Source: Dehalococcoidia bacterium
GTDB lineage: Bacteria; Chloroflexota; Dehalococcoidia; Lucifugimonadales; UBA3495
Direction: 5' to 3'
NCBI GenBank assembly: GCA_002724585.1
Contig: PBPE01000036.1
Location: 30,502-94,501, forward strand
Length of the DNA stretch: 64,000 nucleotides
Below are positions 8,941-17,896 of this stretch, piece by piece (position 1 is the first letter of the stretch; each line of letters opens with the position of its first letter). Below the pieces are notes generated by a model. It had not been told where the DNA came from and did no database searches. It saw only the letters and a list, made by a program, of their open reading frames with translations. A program made the translations under genes and the position numbers.

Positions 8941-10086
8941 ATGGAACAGATAAATAATAAAGAGGTTAATATTATCGGAATGATTGGCGTTTCAAGAGAG
9001 GCGTCAATTAATTCTGGAGCCAGTTTAAGCGTTTTTGGCGGAGGTATAAATCCAGGTGGTGAAGTATTGCCTGGAATAGACCCTGACTATATAGCAGAAT
9101 TTGCTGAAACTCATGAGAAGTCCGGTTTTGATATGGTTTTAACAGGATATTCTTCCACTACTCCGGATGGGTTTGAAGTTGCAGGATTCGCCGCATCCAA
9201 AACTGAAAAGTTGGGTTATTTGATCGCTCATAGACCTGGTTTTATTGCACCTACATTGGCCGCCAGAAAAATCGCTACACTTGATCAACTTACGAAGGGT
9301 AGGATAGCCGTACATATTATATCTGGTGGTAGTGATATAGAGCAGAAACAGGATGGTGACTGGTTGGACCATGATTCTCGTTACAGGCGTACTGACGAAT
9401 ATATTTCAGTGCTTAAAGATATCTGGTCGGGAGTAGAACCATTAGACCGTGCAGGGGAATTTTATTCGTACACAGGTGCGATGAGCACGGTTTCTTGCTA
9501 TCAACAACCTCGTGTACCCTTGTTTTTTGGAGGAGCGTCCTCGGTCGCTCTAGAAATCGGGAGTAGACAGGCCGATTTCTATGCTTTTCTTGGCGAACCT
9601 CTAGAGGTTATTAAACAACGGATAATTGATATCAGAAAACGTGCTAGGCAGCACAACAACGATATCAGATTCAGCATATCCTTTCGGCCAATAATAGGAA
9701 ATACTGAATCTGAAGCATGGCAGAAGGCACATGACATATTGAATAAGGTTAAGATCGCAACTCAGGGAAGAATAGCACCAGGTCAATCTGCACGCGCGCA
9801 GTCAATGTTATCACAGAGGTTAGTTGACTTTGCAACGGAAAAAGATATATATGATCAGCGATTATGGATGCCTATCGCTTATGCTAGTGGTGGGTCCGGA
9901 AATACAACCTGTCTGGTAGGTACTGCAAATCAAGTAGTAGATTCGCTATTGGAATACTATAAAGCCGGATGCACCGCTTTTATACTGAGAGGATTCGATC
10001 CTCTTGTTGATGCACTCGAATATGGAAAAGACTTAATTCCTTTGTTACGTGAGCAGGTAGCTGCTGTTAACAAATTGAAATCATAA
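8941..10086 (+). CDS. SsuD/MsuD/SfnG-family FMNH2-dependent (alkane)sulfonate-type monooxygenase (LLM superfamily)
   Basis: 381 aa. It is collinear with E. coli SsuD as I recall that sequence, for example LIAHRPGFIAPTLAARKIATLDQLTKGRIAVHIISGG...DGDWLDHDSRYRRTDEY and QQPRVPLFFGGASS...FYAFLGEP. The subfamily assignment needs a phylogeny. Confidence 0.75.
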   Translation: MEQINNKEVNIIGMIGVSREASINSGASLSVFGGGINPGGEVLPGIDPDYIAEFAETHEKSGFDMVLTGYSSTTPDGFEVAGFAASKTEKLGYLIAHRPGFIAPTLAARKIATLDQLTKGRIAVHIISGGSDIEQKQDGDWLDHDSRYRRTDEYISVLKDIWSGVEPLDRAGEFYSYTGAMSTVSCYQQPRVPLFFGGASSVALEIGSRQADFYAFLGEPLEVIKQRIIDIRKRARQHNNDIRFSISFRPIIGNTESEAWQKAHDILNKVKIATQGRIAPGQSARAQSMLSQRLVDFATEKDIYDQRLWMPIAYASGGSGNTTCLVGTANQVVDSLLEYYKAGCTAFILRGFDPLVDALEYGKDLIPLLREQVAAVNKLKS

Positions 10087-10102
10087 GTAAGTGATTTAAT
10101 AT

Positions 10103-12868
10103 ATGACAATACATTTAATGCTCGATGGTCAGAAAGTTAGTATAAAGGAAGGACAATCAGTACTGGATGTTATCAACGTGTCTGGTACTTTTATCCCTCA
10201 ATTATGTAAAGATCCCGATATGAAACCGATTGGTGCTTGTCGGACATGCATCGTGGAAATAGATGGTATTCGGGGCATGCCAGCATCGTGTTCAACACCT
10301 GCCGTCAACGGTATGGTAGTTTCCACCAACAGCCCTAGTGTCCAACGGATTCGAAAGGGAATATTGGATTTAACTCTTGGTATGGTCGGTGATGGCACAG
10401 AATTAGGTTTGCTTCGACAGGCTTGTGACAAGTATGGCTTGTCTTCTGGCACTTGGGTGGCCAGATATAGGGAAGACACTGATACTAGCAATCCTGTTTT
10501 TGATATCAGTATGGGCGCTTGCATACTGTGCGCCAGATGCGTTAATGCTTGTCAGGATTCACATCAGTTCATTGGTGCCATAGATCATCTGGGGGCTGGG
10601 ACAGAAAGTAGGATTGGGACATTTATGGACAAACCTTTAATAGAGTCTATATGTACGACTTGCGGTCAATGTCTTTCCGTATGTCCAACAGGCGCGATAC
10701 ATCCCAAGTCAAGCTTGCCTAGGCAGAGATCTGGCAAAGAAGCATTACCGGTTTTGAATACCGTAGCTTCAACGTGTCCCTATTGTGGTGTGGGCTGCGG
10801 AATACAAATATCAACTGATGCGGATGAAAATATCGTTGAGGTTTATGATGATCCAGATAATTTGTCTAGCGTAGGGATGTTGTGTGTTAAGGGCAGGTTC
10901 GGTCAGGGATTCGTAACGCACCCCGATAGGTTGAAGGAACCATTAATTCGTCGAGATGGAGTTTTAAAGCAAGCCACATGGGACGACGCTTTAGATTTGA
11001 TCTCTAGTAAGTTGATTAACTACCGAGGTGATTCGTTCGGAACTCTCTGTTCTGCTAAGGCTACTAATGAAGATGGGTATGTGCAACAAAAGTTCACTCG
11101 CCTAGTAATGAAAAGCAATAATATAGATCATTGCACTCGTCTATGCCATTCCCCATCGGTTGAGGCAATGTTGGAGTCTTTAGGCAGTGGAGCGACGAGC
11201 AATTCGTACTCTGATTATGAAGATGCACGCTGTTTGGTAGTAATCGGTTGTGATCCAACTTCTAACCATCCTGTTGCGGCATCGAGGATGCGTAGGGCAA
11301 TAGTCGAACGGGGAGCTAAACTGATTGTCATAAACCCTCGTCGTATAGATATGTGTGATTATGCCGATATTTGGCTTCGGCCTATGCCAGGCACCGACGT
11401 CGCATTACTAAACGGCATCGCTAATGTCATCATAAAAGACGGGTTATTGGATAGTCCTTTTGTGATGGATAGGACTGAAGGTTATGATGATTGGTACAAG
11501 ATTATCGAAGAATATAACCCGAAAAAAGTCGAGGATATTACTGGTATAGCAGAGCAGGATCTGATTGATGCTGCTAGAACGTATGCGAACCCACCTCCGA
11601 CCCGGTCAGGTCCTGGATTAGAAACAGGAGGTTCCTGCCTAATCTGGGGCATGGGCATTACTCAGCACACTAACGGCACCGCAAACGCTCATGGATTACT
11701 CAACCTGGCTTTAGTTTCCGGGCAGATAGGGAAACGTGGGGCTGGCATATCGCCGCTAAGAGGTCAGAATAATGTGCAGGGATGTGGAGATTCAGGTTGT
11801 TTGCCCGATAATTTGCCTGGATATCAGGGTTTGCGCCCTGAATCATTGCGAAAGTTTGAAGATGCTTGGGGGGGGAATCTTCCGAGTACGAAAGGACTCG
11901 TCGTCACTGAAATGGTCGAATCGATTGGAAAATCCGACGGGATTAAGGCCATGTATATTACTGGTGAAAATCCCCTGCTGAGTGAGCCAGATCTCAATCA
12001 TGCAGAAAAAATGTTTGCGCAATTAGATTTTCTTGTCGTTCAAGATATTTTTCTTCACGAAACTGCAGCAATAGCTGATGTGGTATTACCGGCTGTTAGT
12101 TATGCTGAGAAAGATGGGACATTTACCAATAGTGAGAGAAGGGTACAAAGAATTAGAAAGGCGATCAGTCCACTAGGTAAAGGGAGGGCAGATTGGGAAA
12201 TAATTTCTGAATTGGCTGTGAGAGTTAGTGAGAAGTTGGGGCTTGGTTTAGAACACCAGTTCCTTTATGAAAACCCAGAGCAAATATTTGCAGAAATGTC
12301 TGGCCTAACACCGATAATAGCTGGTATAAACTATCAGCGCATTCAGAAATCTGGTATACAATGGCCATGCCCTGACGTTGGTCACCCAGGGACGGAATTT
12401 TTGTATGAAGAGACATTCCCCAGAGGGGATCGTGCTAAATTCGTGGCTTTTGATCAGGGACCTGTTGCTGCTGAGCGTCCCAATAAACGTTTCCCAATCA
12501 TGCTTAATACTGGCAGGATACTTTACCACTGGCATGGAGGGACCATTACTCGTAGGGTAGTTAATTTAATGGCTAGAGCCCCAGAATTGCAGGTAGCAGT
12601 AAGCCCTGCGGATGCTGAGAAGTACGGCCTGTTGCATGGGGAAAAAATTAAAGTAACTTCAAGACGTGGGGTGCTGACCGGGGTAGCCTTGGTTACTGAC
12701 AGAATGCGGGACGGAGAAATCTTTATCCCATTTGTTAAGCTGTCTGAATCGGCAGCTAATTTCTTAACTAATTCTGCTTATGATCCCATGTCTAAGATAC
12801 CTGAGTACAAGGTCTGCGCTGTCAGTATTGAACCCGCATATCAGGGAATATCGGAAACTTCTAGCTAG
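10103..12868 (+). CDS. fdsA: NAD-linked formate dehydrogenase alpha subunit (FdsA/NuoG-like fusion), Cys-type
   Basis: 921 aa. It has an N-terminal NuoG-type 2Fe-2S (CKDPD...CRTC...C) and two ferredoxin CxxCxxCxxxC motifs. It also has a MopB 4Fe-4S (CPYCGVGC...C) and the active-site motif CTRLCHSPSV (Cys-His, TGC at 11144-11146). LRGQNNVQG contains the conserved Arg. Confidence 0.92.
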   Translation: MTIHLMLDGQKVSIKEGQSVLDVINVSGTFIPQLCKDPDMKPIGACRTCIVEIDGIRGMPASCSTPAVNGMVVSTNSPSVQRIRKGILDLTLGMVGDGTELGLLRQACDKYGLSSGTWVARYREDTDTSNPVFDISMGACILCARCVNACQDSHQFIGAIDHLGAGTESRIGTFMDKPLIESICTTCGQCLSVCPTGAIHPKSSLPRQRSGKEALPVLNTVASTCPYCGVGCGIQISTDADENIVEVYDDPDNLSSVGMLCVKGRFGQGFVTHPDRLKEPLIRRDGVLKQATWDDALDLISSKLINYRGDSFGTLCSAKATNEDGYVQQKFTRLVMKSNNIDHCTRLCHSPSVEAMLESLGSGATSNSYSDYEDARCLVVIGCDPTSNHPVAASRMRRAIVERGAKLIVINPRRIDMCDYADIWLRPMPGTDVALLNGIANVIIKDGLLDSPFVMDRTEGYDDWYKIIEEYNPKKVEDITGIAEQDLIDAARTYANPPPTRSGPGLETGGSCLIWGMGITQHTNGTANAHGLLNLALVSGQIGKRGAGISPLRGQNNVQGCGDSGCLPDNLPGYQGLRPESLRKFEDAWGGNLPSTKGLVVTEMVESIGKSDGIKAMYITGENPLLSEPDLNHAEKMFAQLDFLVVQDIFLHETAAIADVVLPAVSYAEKDGTFTNSERRVQRIRKAISPLGKGRADWEIISELAVRVSEKLGLGLEHQFLYENPEQIFAEMSGLTPIIAGINYQRIQKSGIQWPCPDVGHPGTEFLYEETFPRGDRAKFVAFDQGPVAAERPNKRFPIMLNTGRILYHWHGGTITRRVVNLMARAPELQVAVSPADAEKYGLLHGEKIKVTSRRGVLTGVALVTDRMRDGEIFIPFVKLSESAANFLTNSAYDPMSKIPEYKVCAVSIEPAYQGISETSS

Positions 12869-14088
12869 TCCCCTACTGCAGCTGGGGAACTAGTATTGAC
12901 CTTCTGGGGCCACCATGGATCAGGATATTCAGCCCATAGGTTTTTCACGGCAGGCATCACTTCATTGGCGAACAATGTAGTGTTTTTGAGGGTTAGTTCT
13001 TTCGGCATACTGCCTATGTGTAATAAACACATCAAGTGTCCAACTCTGAGCATCTTTGCCGCTTCTACTAATTGTTCACGAACAGTTTCAGGACTGCCAG
13101 CAATTACATGCCCCTGCTCAATAAAATCTTTCCATTCTAGTTCTCCTGCTGCTTTCTGAGCTTCTTCACCTATTTGAGGTCGAATCGATTCTCTGATGGA
13201 ATTCAGCGATCTATAGCCAGGAGCTTCAGCATAAGGAGGGTGTATTCGTAACATTTTGCGGTAGAAGTATTTTACATGCTCTGAATATTCTTGTTCTGCA
13301 GATCGATCAGTCTCTGATACACACACAAGTTGTAAAAAGCCGAGCCTATGAGGATTGTCATCCAGCCCTCTCTCTGATACGCGGTCCCAGAATCCGTTGA
13401 CTACTCTTAATCCTCTGAGATAACCAAAATAACTTAGGTAGCAATAGACGTAGTCCCTATCTAATACCCAGTCCCATGTTTCTAGGCTGCCACTTCCAGG
13501 TATCCAAACTGGTGGATGGGGTTGCTGAAGTGGACGAGGCCATATGTTTACATAACGGAGCTGATTGTATTTACCATTGAATATGAAGGGTTCACGGTTA
13601 CTCCATGCTTTCATGATCAGGTCATGAGCTTCAGAGTGTTTTTCTCGTAACGTAATGGGAGTTTGGCCATATGAAAGTGTAGTGTCCATAGATGTTCCGA
13701 CAGGGAAACCTGCGACTAGACGGCCCTTGCTCATAATATCAAGCATAGCCATCTCTTCGGCCACTCTGACTGGCGGTTGATATAGTGCTAAGCTGTTTCC
13801 TAACACGATCAGGGCGCCGTTTGAAGTAGTTCTGGATAGGACTGAAGCAATCAAGTTTGGCGAAGGCATTAATCCATAAGCGTTATTATGGTGTTCGTTG
13901 ACGCAAACGCCATCGAATCCGACTGTGTCTGCAAATTGGAGCTCTTCCAAGTAGTCATCATAATGATCTTGGCATCTTTCGGGATCAAATAGACTATTGG
14001 GAGCATCTACCCATGCACTGCGATAATTATCCTCAAAATCACTAGGAAGACCTTGGTACGGCATAAGGTGGAAGAAACAGACTTTCAT
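12865..14088 (-). CDS. Luciferase-like flavin-dependent monooxygenase (LLM) paralogue
   Basis: 407 aa. MKVCFFHLMPY..., FDGVCVNEHH and RLVAGFPVG fit the LLM TIM-barrel pattern. GGAGAT SD. Its stop codon overlaps the fdsA stop. Confidence 0.85.
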   Translation of the reverse strand: MKVCFFHLMPYQGLPSDFEDNYRSAWVDAPNSLFDPERCQDHYDDYLEELQFADTVGFDGVCVNEHHNNAYGLMPSPNLIASVLSRTTSNGALIVLGNSLALYQPPVRVAEEMAMLDIMSKGRLVAGFPVGTSMDTTLSYGQTPITLREKHSEAHDLIMKAWSNREPFIFNGKYNQLRYVNIWPRPLQQPHPPVWIPGSGSLETWDWVLDRDYVYCYLSYFGYLRGLRVVNGFWDRVSERGLDDNPHRLGFLQLVCVSETDRSAEQEYSEHVKYFYRKMLRIHPPYAEAPGYRSLNSIRESIRPQIGEEAQKAAGELEWKDFIEQGHVIAGSPETVREQLVEAAKMLRVGHLMCLLHIGSMPKELTLKNTTLFANEVMPAVKNLWAEYPDPWWPQKVNTSSPAAVGD

Positions 14089-14154
14089 ATTATTGTATCT
14101 CCAATTTGCTAGTTGAGAATCATAGCATACTAATCAATGTCTCTGTAGTTTAGT

Positions 14155-15798
14155 CTACTCGAGCACAAACCCTTCGTATCCTTTGGCAGCGCATTCGTCT
14201 CGTATTGCCCTCATTGCTGGCGCGCTGTCTGGACTGGTTAACAATACTCGGGCTTTTCCGGGTATATTCGCTCCTACATACCAAGAATTTGCCTCTGCTC
14301 CTTGTGTACGCAAAATTTTAGCCCCATCTTCATTGACGTGCCTAACCCAAGCATCTTCAGATTCTATGGTTGGGTGGATGCGATTATAATTCTTGTCCTG
14401 TACCCAGCGAATGGTTTTTGATACCCAGTCGATCAGTGCTTCCGCTGCTCTTGGAAAATTGCCTACCGAAGCTGAGTTGACTGTAAATAGATTTGGGAAT
14501 CCCGCGCTAGTCACGCCCATAAACGTGCGAGGGCCGCCTGAAAATTTTTCGCTAAGTATCTCGCCTCCAATACCTTGAATGTTGATTTTATTCAGCGAGC
14601 CTGTAACCGCATCATACCCTGTGGCGAATATTAATACATCCAGTTCGTATTCGGATTCTGATGTGAGAACTCCTTTGGAAGTTATCCGTTCTATCGGAGC
14701 TGTTTTCACATCCACCAACAATACATTCTCTTGGTTGTACACTTCATAGTATCCGCTTTCACATGGAAGTCTTTTCGATCCAAACATGTGGTCTTTTGGA
14801 ACCAGCATTTCCGCGATAATCGGATCATAGACACGCTCTCGGATCTTATTGCGCACAAATTCTGCATAGTCTTCATTTGCGGGACCTGGCAACATGACAT
14901 CATAGAAATTTGCGAGCCATTTAGCAAATCCACCCTGTAGCCACAGCCTTTCGTATTGCTGTCTACGTTCTTCGGCTGAGACATCCATCGCTGATCGCGG
15001 ATCGAATTTGTGCATAAATGACCCTGCGCTTTCGCTGCACATACGGAATATTTCAGGGTAATTAGCTTTTATTTGCTTCTGAGTTTCAGCGTCAATCGTA
15101 CTATTTCTTAAAGGTGCACAGAAGTTAGGGGTCCTCTGAAATACTGTTAAATGACCCACTTCTTTTGCTATTTCGGTGATCAGTTGCACGCCGCTAGCGC
15201 CTGTTCCAATTACCCCCACTCGCTTCCCGGATAGGTTGATTCCTTCCTTAGGCCATCGGCCTGTGTGGCACCAAGTTCCTTGGAAACTATGGATACCTTC
15301 GAAATTTGGTACGTAGCCTGCGGATAATATTCCTACAGCGGTGATCAAGAACTTTCCTTTGGCTTTGTACCCGTCTTCTATTGATATTTCCCATAAATTC
15401 TCGTTTTCGTTAAACTTTGCAGAGGATACTCGGGAACTGAGCCGTATGTGCTTACGGAGGTCGAATTTGTCAGCGACGTAGTTCAAATAGCGTTCATTTT
15501 CTGGTTGAGCAGAATAATGCTCTTTCCAGTCCCACTCTTGGAGAAGCTCTTCTGAGAAAGAATATCCGTAGGTATAACTCTCGGAATCAAACCGACAACC
15601 TGGGTACCTGTTCCAATACCAGGTGCCCCCAACTCCATCACCTTCTTCGAATGATTGGACAGTTAATCCGAGCTCTCGAAGCTTATATATTGCGTATAGC
15701 CCGGTAACGCCAGCACCGATGACTATTACATCATAGTAATTCATGTCGGAACTATAATGAGTAGTCGGCTCAGATGATGTTTGTTGAGATGTGCTCAT
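14155..15798 (-). CDS. Type I Baeyer-Villiger monooxygenase (cyclohexanone-monooxygenase-like, FAD/NADPH)
   Basis: 547 aa with the BVMO fingerprint FQGTWCHTGRWP (FxGxxxHxxxWP). The two Rossmann motifs are VIGAGVTG and VIGTGASG. Confidence 0.9.
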   Translation of the reverse strand: MSTSQQTSSEPTTHYSSDMNYYDVIVIGAGVTGLYAIYKLRELGLTVQSFEEGDGVGGTWYWNRYPGCRFDSESYTYGYSFSEELLQEWDWKEHYSAQPENERYLNYVADKFDLRKHIRLSSRVSSAKFNENENLWEISIEDGYKAKGKFLITAVGILSAGYVPNFEGIHSFQGTWCHTGRWPKEGINLSGKRVGVIGTGASGVQLITEIAKEVGHLTVFQRTPNFCAPLRNSTIDAETQKQIKANYPEIFRMCSESAGSFMHKFDPRSAMDVSAEERRQQYERLWLQGGFAKWLANFYDVMLPGPANEDYAEFVRNKIRERVYDPIIAEMLVPKDHMFGSKRLPCESGYYEVYNQENVLLVDVKTAPIERITSKGVLTSESEYELDVLIFATGYDAVTGSLNKINIQGIGGEILSEKFSGGPRTFMGVTSAGFPNLFTVNSASVGNFPRAAEALIDWVSKTIRWVQDKNYNRIHPTIESEDAWVRHVNEDGAKILRTQGAEANSWYVGANIPGKARVLLTSPDSAPAMRAIRDECAAKGYEGFVLE

Positions 15799-15825
15799 AG
15801 GATTCTCCGAGTATATAACTTTGTC

Positions 15826-16602
15826 TTATCTACCTTTCCAATTAGGCTTCCGTTTTTCTGCAAATGCTAAAGGTCCCTCTTTAGAATCTTCCGTTGTAAG
15901 CAATTGGTCATACATATGATAAGTCAGTGAAGATATATCTTGAATAGACATGTTTAAGCTTTTGTATGCTAGTTCTTTAAAATATTGTACTGCAAGCGGA
16001 GCATTTTCCGCTATTTGCTGGGCCATAGTAATAGCTTCGGGCATAACCTGGTCAGAAGGTACTACTTTATTCAAGAATCCCATGTCGTACGCTCTCTGGG
16101 CTGTGACAGGTTGTGCTGTCATGCATAGCTCTAATACTGCAGATAGCGGAATCATCTTACTTAATATAGTGCCAAACGGTGGTAATAAGCTCCATTTTGT
16201 TTCAGTAATACCGAGTTTTGCTTCTTCGGAGGCTATTCTCAGATCACATAACTGAGCTATGGACCAACCTCCGGCTAGCGCGTAACCGTTAACTGCAGCG
16301 ATTAAAGGTTTCCAAGTTTGGGGCCACATATAAGGGCTGTCTGGATACATGCTGTCTCTAGCTTTCGCCTGCTTCCCTTCAGCATTGTCATTAGCTCTTT
16401 CTTTAAGGTCACGTCCTGCACAAAATGCGCGTCCGGAGCCAGTAATAATCCCAACATATGCAGTCGGATCGGCGTCAAATTCTGTGATTGCGTCCGCTAG
16501 TTCTTTACGAAGCTGGCGGTTAATGGAATTCAGTGAATCAGGTCTGTTAAGAGTCATGATGACTATATTTTCTTGTTTCTCGTATAAGATTGTTTCCGCC
16601 AT
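15826..16602 (-). CDS. Enoyl-CoA hydratase/isomerase (crotonase) family protein
   Basis: 258 aa with IITGSGRAFCAGRDL and NGYALAGG, the oxyanion-hole segments typical of crotonases. Confidence 0.9.
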   Translation of the reverse strand: MAETILYEKQENIVIMTLNRPDSLNSINRQLRKELADAITEFDADPTAYVGIITGSGRAFCAGRDLKERANDNAEGKQAKARDSMYPDSPYMWPQTWKPLIAAVNGYALAGGWSIAQLCDLRIASEEAKLGITETKWSLLPPFGTILSKMIPLSAVLELCMTAQPVTAQRAYDMGFLNKVVPSDQVMPEAITMAQQIAENAPLAVQYFKELAYKSLNMSIQDISSLTYHMYDQLLTTEDSKEGPLAFAEKRKPNWKGR

Positions 16603-16626
16603 ATAATTTATCTCTCCCTTATTGTT

Positions 16627-16977
16627 TTAAGCATAATGACCTAGGTACGTTCCACCTATCACGTGTATGTGCCCGTGATTTTGGCTTTGCAAGCCATCAT
16701 ATCCGAAGTTTGAAAGAATACGGAATCCATTGGGAGCGTACATGGCTCCGAGGTTTACAGCGGTTGTTCCCATGCGCTCCATGATTCCACTGGTCCAAAG
16801 CTCGATTTGGGTTAGGTGTTGTTTGGGCATCACTAAAAGCATTACTGGGACCCATGTCAACTTGTTGACTATGGCTATGATGTCATTGTCTATATATCTT
16901 ATTCGTGCCGGCTCCGCCCCATTTATTATTTCGCAAAAAACACAGTATGGTGGTTTGTTCAATGTTGGCACTTCCAT
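16627..16977 (-). CDS. HIT (histidine triad) family protein
   Basis: 116 aa with the C-terminal histidine triad NHGHIHVIGG. Confidence 0.8.
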   Translation of the reverse strand: MEVPTLNKPPYCVFCEIINGAEPARIRYIDNDIIAIVNKLTWVPVMLLVMPKQHLTQIELWTSGIMERMGTTAVNLGAMYAPNGFRILSNFGYDGLQSQNHGHIHVIGGTYLGHYA

Positions 16978-16992
16978 ATTTTTAAAGATTTA

Positions 16993-17829
16993 TCAAATTA
17001 CTTCTATTGAAGCGAATATTGTTTTTCCGTTAGTCTCATACAGATACCCAGATTTTTCTGTCGTTCCGTGACCGAGAATTAATAACCAGTTCTCTTCTCG
17101 TGCTTTCTTTAGCCAGTATCTTTTTGCATCAAATGTCTGAGTGGGGTATAAGTCGTAACTAGTGATGTACGGTACTGGTATTTGCTGCGGTATCATTAGT
17201 ATGTCGCCAAGGCATGCTATCTTCTCCCCATCTGACTCAAAATACACCATTTGATGTCCATCTGTATGGCCTCCGGTGTGCCTTACCCAAAGTCTTGAGA
17301 TGATTTCAGTATCTCCATTTAATAATTCTAACTGGTTTGTTTGGTTTAAGGGCAAGAAATCTTCCTCTATATAGGCGGTACGAGTGCGTTCATTAGTGCA
17401 GGTTGCTTCTTGCCAATCTCGTTGCTGGACTAAGTAGGTCGCTTTTGGGAATACCGGGACTAGCTTACCGCCTTCATATGTAGTACAGCCACCCACATGA
17501 TCGAAATGTAAATGTGTAAGAATGACATAATCTATGTCGTTCGGGTATAAACCATAATATTCAAGATTCTTTACCAGATTCCCCCCGCGCATATGAAATC
17601 TGGTTTGAGTGATTTTATTATGTTTGTTGCCGATGCCTGTATCTATTAGAATATTTAAATTGTTGGTCTGAATTAATAAGCAATTTAGAGCGATTTCCAC
17701 ACGATTTAGGCGATCGGGCTTATGAGTTTTGCTCCATATGGCTTTTGGCACTATCCCGAATATGCTTCCGCCATCCATTCGTAAGCTTCCGTCACTTATT
17801 ATGTGTATGTCAGATCTTCCTATCTTCAT
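16993..17829 (-). CDS. Metallo-beta-lactamase-fold hydrolase (lactonase/esterase-like)
   Basis: 278 aa with the HxHxDH motif LTHLHFDHVGG plus distal His and Asp ligands. Confidence 0.85.
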   Translation of the reverse strand: MKIGRSDIHIISDGSLRMDGGSIFGIVPKAIWSKTHKPDRLNRVEIALNCLLIQTNNLNILIDTGIGNKHNKITQTRFHMRGGNLVKNLEYYGLYPNDIDYVILTHLHFDHVGGCTTYEGGKLVPVFPKATYLVQQRDWQEATCTNERTRTAYIEEDFLPLNQTNQLELLNGDTEIISRLWVRHTGGHTDGHQMVYFESDGEKIACLGDILMIPQQIPVPYITSYDLYPTQTFDAKRYWLKKAREENWLLILGHGTTEKSGYLYETNGKTIFASIEVI

Positions 17830-17896
17830 GCAAGAGGAGCTTATAAGTACGGTATTATGTTGTCAATTGTATTAATCCACTAGATTTTCTACTATT

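Noticed and set aside
11144-11146. Possible selenocysteine (in-frame TGA) at the formate dehydrogenase active site.
   Set aside because: The codon is TGC (Cys) followed by His (CTRLCHSPSV). There is no in-frame TGA and no SECIS-like hairpin is needed. This is a Cys-type enzyme.
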